DNA of 64,000 nucleotides from assembly GCA_000442015.1 (NCBI GenBank), contig KE561209.1, forward strand, positions 124,001 through 188,000. Direction: 5' to 3'. Numbering within the stretch: the first letter of the stretch is position 1; every line of letters starts with the position of its first letter. Shown in pieces: positions 61,253 through 64,000 of the stretch. The position numbers and the translations under genes are program-made. This DNA is from Rozella allomycis CSF55. Lineage: Eukaryota. The notes beneath the pieces were generated by a model. That model saw nothing but the letters and a program-made list of their open reading frames with translations. It did no database searches and was not told where the DNA came from.

Positions 61253-62880
61253 TTATTTATCCAAGCGACAAATAGGATCTCTTTCGATAGATTCAATTGG
61301 AACTTTATGTCCAACAAGGTCTCTAATGTTATTGTAGCCATATTTAATCATTGCTGGTCTTTCAAGAGACAGACCCCATGCAATAACAGTAACTCTTTTA
61401 TCGAAGCCCATAGGAAGTATCATTTCAGGACGGAAAATACCTGAATTTCCAACTTCAATTCTTTTCTTCAAACCAGGGTGGTAAGCGAATATTTCCATGG
61501 ATGGTTCAGTGTAAGGATTGTAGGCAGGTTTGAATTCCAAGTCAGTTAATCCCAGCATTTTAAAGAAAGCATCCAAAACACCAATTAAATGACCCAAAGT
61601 TAAATCGTAATCAGCGATAAGACCCTCAACTTGATGAAACTCAGCCAAGTGTGTTGCATCAACAGATTCATTTCGAAAGACCTTGTCGATAGAGAAGTAT
61701 TTAACCGGTTTGAATTCTTTCTAAATGTTAGACTGAGGGTAAATAAATACCTGTTGGGCAAGTTTGTACAACATTCTCGCACTGACAGCCGTTGTGTGAG
61801 TTCTTAAAAGATTCTTTTGAGCTTCTTCAATCTTCCAGTCATAACGATAGCCAATTGAACCATTTCCGCCTTCAGCGTGTTGCTTTTTGACGCGTTCTAA
61901 ATAATCCAATGGAAATTTGTTTGAAGTTTTGGGGCTTTTCAAAAAGAAAGTGTCATGCGCATCTCTTGCTGGATGTTGTTGAGGTTGAAATAAAGCATCG
62001 AAATTCCAAAAAGAAGATTCGACATAATTGTTAGTTGGCATTTCTTCAAATCTAATTTTAATCCAAATATAATTATGTACCCAAGAACAAAAAAGATATT
62101 TCGAAATTCTTCTCTAACTTTCATTAAGGGATGAAGATGACCACATTTAGGTGGAATACCCATAGCATTCAAATTGTATTCTTTAAATACGGCTGTTTTC
62201 CATGACCCACTTTATTAAGTTGGATTTCCAAAATTACTCTGTAAGCATCTCACTTGTAAGATCCGTCGCATAGCTTGGGATTTCCAATGCAAATTTTTCT
62301 CCCTTCTTTACAGAAAACCAAACAATCTTTTCTTTGTCAACGAGTTTTCTTTTCTTTAGATCATTCAAAGTTTTCTCATTATCTAAGGTTCCAGTTTTTT
62401 CAATTTGTTCTAAATCAAGTCTTGTTTGATCGACAATTTCATTTGCAATAGCTTTTAAAGTATCTCCATCTTTCTTGATCCACTTATTTTGAAATGCCTT
62501 TCCTTGTCCAAACTTTGCTGCAGGTCCAACAACATTCTATTCATAATAATGTCATTTTATACCTGCAACTCGGCTATTTTTAAACCATCAAGACTAGCCA
62601 AAACTGCGTTGAACACTTGTGCTTCGTGACTTCCCTTTGAAACAATTTCTTTTCCTTCATCAGTTAATTTCCATATCTGTTCTTCATGAGCTTCATATTC
62701 TATCATCTATTTAAAAATTCTTAAAAATAATACTCCGTGAACTAGCAAGGATTTAATAGCACCAAGAAAAACTTGTGAATCAACAGAATTTCCCATGTGC
62801 TTAAACAAAGAAGAATTAGATATCTCTCCTTGCTTGTCTAAATGCTGCAAAATACAGTGTGGTAAACTTTCCATAGTCAT
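61253..62880 (-). CDS. FRS2: Cytosolic phenylalanyl-tRNA synthetase alpha subunit, 5 introns
   Basis: [52 protein letters not shown]. Confidence 0.97.
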
Positions 62881-62972
62881 ACTGTGGCTTCGAAGGAAAA
62901 AATTAGTTGGAAAATTCAGGAAATAGATTTAAACCACTTTAACTTATTAAAAAAAGAAAGAAGGAAAAAGAT

Positions 62973-64000
62973 TTATGAACAAGATTTTAGTCTATCACGA
63001 ACTATTAATTCATGTATATTATCAATGGCTTCTTTAGCGCTTGATTTGTACATGACAAAATGACCTTGTATTTGTGCTGGAGATAATGTCTCATTTTCTA
63101 CTAATGAAAGAAATCGTTCACAGAGGTCAGAATCTTCAGGATAGAATCGGTTAAACATTTTAGCTTTTTGACTCGCACTCGCTAAGCCAATGTATTGTTT
63201 AACATCCACTCTGCCAGGACGTATTAACGCAGGATCTAATTTATTGTAGTGATTTGTAGTCATAAAAATAATTCTTTCTTCAGATGCAGTGACTCCATCA
63301 AGGGCATTCAAAAGACCACTGAATGAAACGTGCGTTGTAACCCTATGTATTGAAATACCCCCTTCTTACTGTCCTTTAGCTTTCCTATTCTCATCAAATG
63401 CTGCGTCAATATCTTCTAACAATAGTATACTTCTTTCAGGTGCATTACTGAGCAAATGATTAAATCGATCATCTGTCATAACACCCTCTCCAAGGTNGGC
63501 TGCGTCAATATCTTCTAACAATATTATACTTCTTTCAGGTGCATGACTGAGCAAATGATTAAATCGATCATCTGTCATAACACCCTCTCCAAGGTTAATG
63601 ATGCAAATATTGTAATCTAATGACCCCGCCAACGCTTGAATGAATGAACTCTTTCCAGTACCTGATTTTATATTATATTATTTTATACCTGGATCACCAT
63701 ATAGTAAATATCCTCTTCTATACGGAATTCCTTTTGCCAATACATTATTCAGTTACCTCGATCTTGATACCATTTTCCGTTGCTTCTAAAATCTTGGACA
63801 TCGTTTAATATCATATCTGATATCCCATCATCTAATACTACTGATTCTAGTGGTCTTTTTCGCCGTGGTTGTCCAAATTGTCGCCACTCTGATCCCCAGC
63901 TTGTATATATGATAGTCTTCCCTTCATTTGATTTCAAAGCATTTTCTTTTGCTTCGATTAATAAATTTATAAAATAAGATTTATCACGACCAATAGTAGT
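62973..64000 (-). CDS. BCS1: Mitochondrial AAA chaperone BCS1 (5' end outside window)
   Basis: [55 protein letters not shown]. Confidence 0.95.

Noticed and set aside
63399-63596. ~99-bp in-frame tandem duplication inside BCS1
   Set aside because: Copies flank a single N (63497) and differ by a few SNPs; best explained as unmerged overlapping contig ends or alleles

Overview
AT-rich, extremely gene-dense eukaryotic nuclear DNA with about 45 protein-coding genes split by roughly 140 tiny (mostly 24-35 nt) spliceosomal introns that I reconstructed by eye. Gene content (CEP44, LRRC51, doublecortin, Piezo, AIFM1-like, AA11-like LPMO, fungal-type subtilisin) suggests an early-diverging zoosporic fungus/Cryptomycota such as Rozella (inference). 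Most striking: at least four introns in three unrelated genes appear to end in TG instead of AG (GT-TG introns), consistent with length-based 3' splice-site choice. Also notable: an RGS-AIFM2/FSP1-type oxidoreductase fusion, an unannotated LSm10-like gene, an ACCCCTG motif just upstream of many start codons, ORC3/CDC6 head-to-head 28 bp apart, a ~240 bp fold-back and a 134-bp tandem repeat. Two single-N assembly joins (31464, 63497) create artefacts. Exon structures and product calls come from motif recognition, not database searches.
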